A DNA stretch of 64,000 bases from Eledone cirrhosa. Its lineage: Eukaryota. Below are positions 61,300 to 64,000 of this stretch, one piece after another. Location of the stretch: the NCBI GenBank assembly GCA_964016885.1, contig OZ024747.1, positions 59,024,001-59,088,000 on the forward strand. The letters are read 5' to 3'. Position 1 is the stretch's first letter. Each line of letters opens with the position of its first letter. Under the pieces are notes generated by a model. It did not search any database. It was not told the origin of the DNA and saw only the letters and a list, made by a program, of their open reading frames with translations. Position numbers and translations under genes: made by a program.

Positions 61300-63965
61300 G
61301 TTGACCTGCTGCTAGTACTGTTGCTGCTGCCACTGCTGTTGTCCAGCTGCTGCTGTGGTTGTTGTTGCTGCTGTGCTATTGTCCTGCTGTTACTGTTGTT
61401 GTTGCTGTTGCTGTTGCTGCTGTGCTAATGTCCTGCTCCTACTTCTGCTGCTGTTCCTGTGCTGTTGTCCTACTACCGTTGCTGCTGTGCTATTGTCCTG
61501 CTCCTACTACTGCTGCTGCTGTGCTGTTGTCCTACTACTGCTGTTGCTGTTGCTGCTGTGCTATTGTCCTGCTCCTACTACTGCTGCTGTTCCTGTGCTG
61601 TTGTCCTACTACTGTTGCTGTTGTGTTATTGTCCTGCTCCTACTACTGCTGCTGTTCCTGTGCTGTTGTCCTACTACTGTTGCTGTTGTGCTATTGTCCT
61701 GCTCCTACTACTGCTGCTGTTCCTGTGCTGTTGTCCTACTACCGTTGCTGCTGTGCTAATGTCCTGCTCCTACTTCTGCTGCTGTTCCTGTGCTGTTGTC
61801 CTACTACTGTTGCTGTTGTGTTATTGTCCTGCTCCTACTACTGCTGCTGTTCCTGTGCTGTTGTCCTACTACTGTTGCTGTTGTGTTATTGTCCTGCTCC
61901 TACTTCTGCTGCTGTTCCTGTGCTGTTGTCCTACTACTGTTGCTGCTGTGCTAATGTCCTGCTCCTACTACTGCTGCTGTTCCTGTGCTGTTGTCCTACT
62001 ACTGTTGCTGTTGTGTTATTGTCCTGCTCCTACTACTGCTGCTGTGCTGTTGTCCTACTACTGTTGCTGTTGTGTTATTGTCCTACTCCTACTACTGCTG
62101 CTGTGCTGTTGTCCTACTACTGTTGCTGTTGTGTTATTGTCCTGCTCCTACTTCTGCTGCTGTTCCTGTGCTGTTGTCCTACTACTGTTGCTGCTGTACT
62201 ATTGTCCTGCTCCTACTTCTGCTGCTGTGCTGTTGTCCTACTACTGTTGCTGTTGTGTTATTGTCCTGCTCCTACTACTCCTGATGTTCCTGTGCTGTTG
62301 TCCTACTACTGTTGCTGTTGTGCTATTGTCCTGCTCCTACTTCTGCTGCTGTTCCTGTGCTGTTGTCCTACTACTGTTGCTGCTGTGTTATTGTCCTGCT
62401 CCTACTACTGCTGCTGTTCCTGTGCTGTTGTCCTACTACTGTTGCTGTTGTGCTATTGTCCTGCTCCTACTTCTGCTGCTGTTCCTGTGCTGTTGTCCTA
62501 CTACTGTTGCTGTTGTGTTATTGTCCTGCTCCTACTACTGCTGCTGTTCCTGTGCTGTTGTCCTACTACTGTTGCTGTTGTGCTATTGTCCTGCTCCTAC
62601 TTCTGCTGCTGTTCCTGTGCTGTTGTCCTACTACTGTTGCTGCTGTGCTATTGTCCTGCTCCTACTACTGCTGCTGTTCCTGTGCTGTTGTCCTACTACT
62701 GTTGCTGTTGTGCTATTGTCCTGCTCCTACTTCTGCTGCTGTTCCTGTGCTGTTGTCCTACTACTGTTGCTGTTGTGTTATTGTCCTGCTCCTACTACTG
62801 CTGCTGTGCTGTTGTCCTACTACTGTTGCTGTTGTGTTATTGTCCTGCTCCTACTACTGCTGCTGTTCCTGTGCTGTTGTCCTACTACTGTTGCTGTTGT
62901 GCTATTGTCCTGCTCCTACTTCTGCTGATGTTCCTGTGCTGTTGTCCTACTACTGTTGCTGTTGTGCTATTGTCCTGCTCCTACTTCTGCTGCTGTTCCT
63001 GTGCTGTTGTCCTACTACTGTTGCTGTTGTGCTATTGTCCTGCTCCTACTTCTGCTGCTGTTCCTGTGCTGTTGTCCTACTACTGTTGCTGTTGTGTTAT
63101 TGTCCTGCTCCTACTACTGCTGCTGTGCTGTTGTCCTACTACTGTTGCTGTTGTGTTATTGTCCTGCTCCTACTACTGCTGCTGTTCCTGTGCTGTTGTC
63201 CTACTACTGTTGCTGTTGTGTTATTGTCCTGCTCCTACTACTGTTGCTGTTTCTGTGCTGTTGTCCTACTACTGTTGCTGTTGTGTTATTGTCCTGCTCC
63301 TACTTCTGCTGCTGTTCCTGTGCTGTTGTCCTACTACTGTTGCTGTTGTGTTATTGTCCTGCTCCTACTACTGCTGCTGTTCCTGTGCTGTTGTCCTACT
63401 ACTGTTGCTGTTGTGCTATTGTCCTGCTCCTACTTCTGCTGCTGTTCCTGTGCTGTTGTCCTACTACTGTTGCTGCTGTGCTATTGTCCTGCTCCTACTA
63501 CTGCTGCTGTTCCTGTGCTGTTGTCCTACTACTGTTGCTGTTGTGCTATTGTCCTGCTCCTACTTCTGCTGCTGTTCCTGTGCTGTTGTCCTACTACTGT
63601 TGCTGTTGTGTTATTGTCCTGCTCCTACTACTGCTGCTGTGCTGTTGTCCTACTACTGTTGCTGTTGTGTTATTGTCCTGCTCCTACTACTGCTGCTGTT
63701 CCTGTGCTGTTGTCCTACTACTGTTGCTGTTGTGTTATTGTCCTGCTCCTACTACTGCTGCTGTTCCTGTGCTGTTGTCCTACTACTGTTGCTGTTGTGT
63801 TATTGTCCTGCTCCTACTTCTGCTGCTGTTCCTGTGCTGTTGTCCTACTACTGCTGCTGTTCCTGTGCTGTTGTCCTACTACTGTTGCTGCTGTTGCTGC
63901 TGTGCTATTGTCCTGCTCCTACTACTGCTGATGTTGCTGCTGCTATGCTGTTGTCCTACAACTGC

Positions 63966-63996
<31 letters not shown>

Positions 63997-64000
63997 ATGC
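61300..64000. repeat. 65-bp (with 59-bp variant) CTG/CTA-rich minisatellite, about 40 copies, with degenerate (CTG)n-like edges
   Basis: Unit GCTGTTGTGYTATTGTCCTGCTCCTACTWCTGCTGCTG(TTCCTG)TGCTGTTGTCCTACTACTGTT. Confidence 0.95.

Noticed and set aside
61355-63931. Cys/Leu-rich ORFs resembling metallothionein or keratin-associated proteins
   Set aside because: The 65/59-bp unit is not a multiple of 3, and the same peptide cycles through all frames

Overview
AT-rich eukaryotic non-coding DNA dominated by microsatellites. The SINE families resemble, from my recollection, those of octopod cephalopods (inference, not verified). I can support no intact host gene: nearly all listed ORFs are translations of (TA)n, (CA)n, (TG)n or minisatellites. 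The recognisable content is transposon-derived: about 10 copies of one tRNA-derived SINE and a second CORE-like SINE, an internally deleted mariner whose 103-bp TIRs contain the transposase C-terminus, two 5'-truncated R4/Dong-clade RLE retrotransposons in (TAA)n, a CRE-like RLE remnant, Helitron-type and piggyBac-type non-autonomous elements, and two Penelope-type GIY-YIG remnants. The most striking unexplained layer is about 10 minimal hammerhead-ribozyme-like motifs (CUGANGA...GAAA, covarying helix II, palindromic helix III) in short cassettes inside microsatellites. Many long fold-back hairpins occur alongside them, and several contain such motifs. Together they suggest a dense set of Penelope-derived, ribozyme-carrying non-autonomous elements. 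All calls were made by eye and coordinates are approximate to a few bp.
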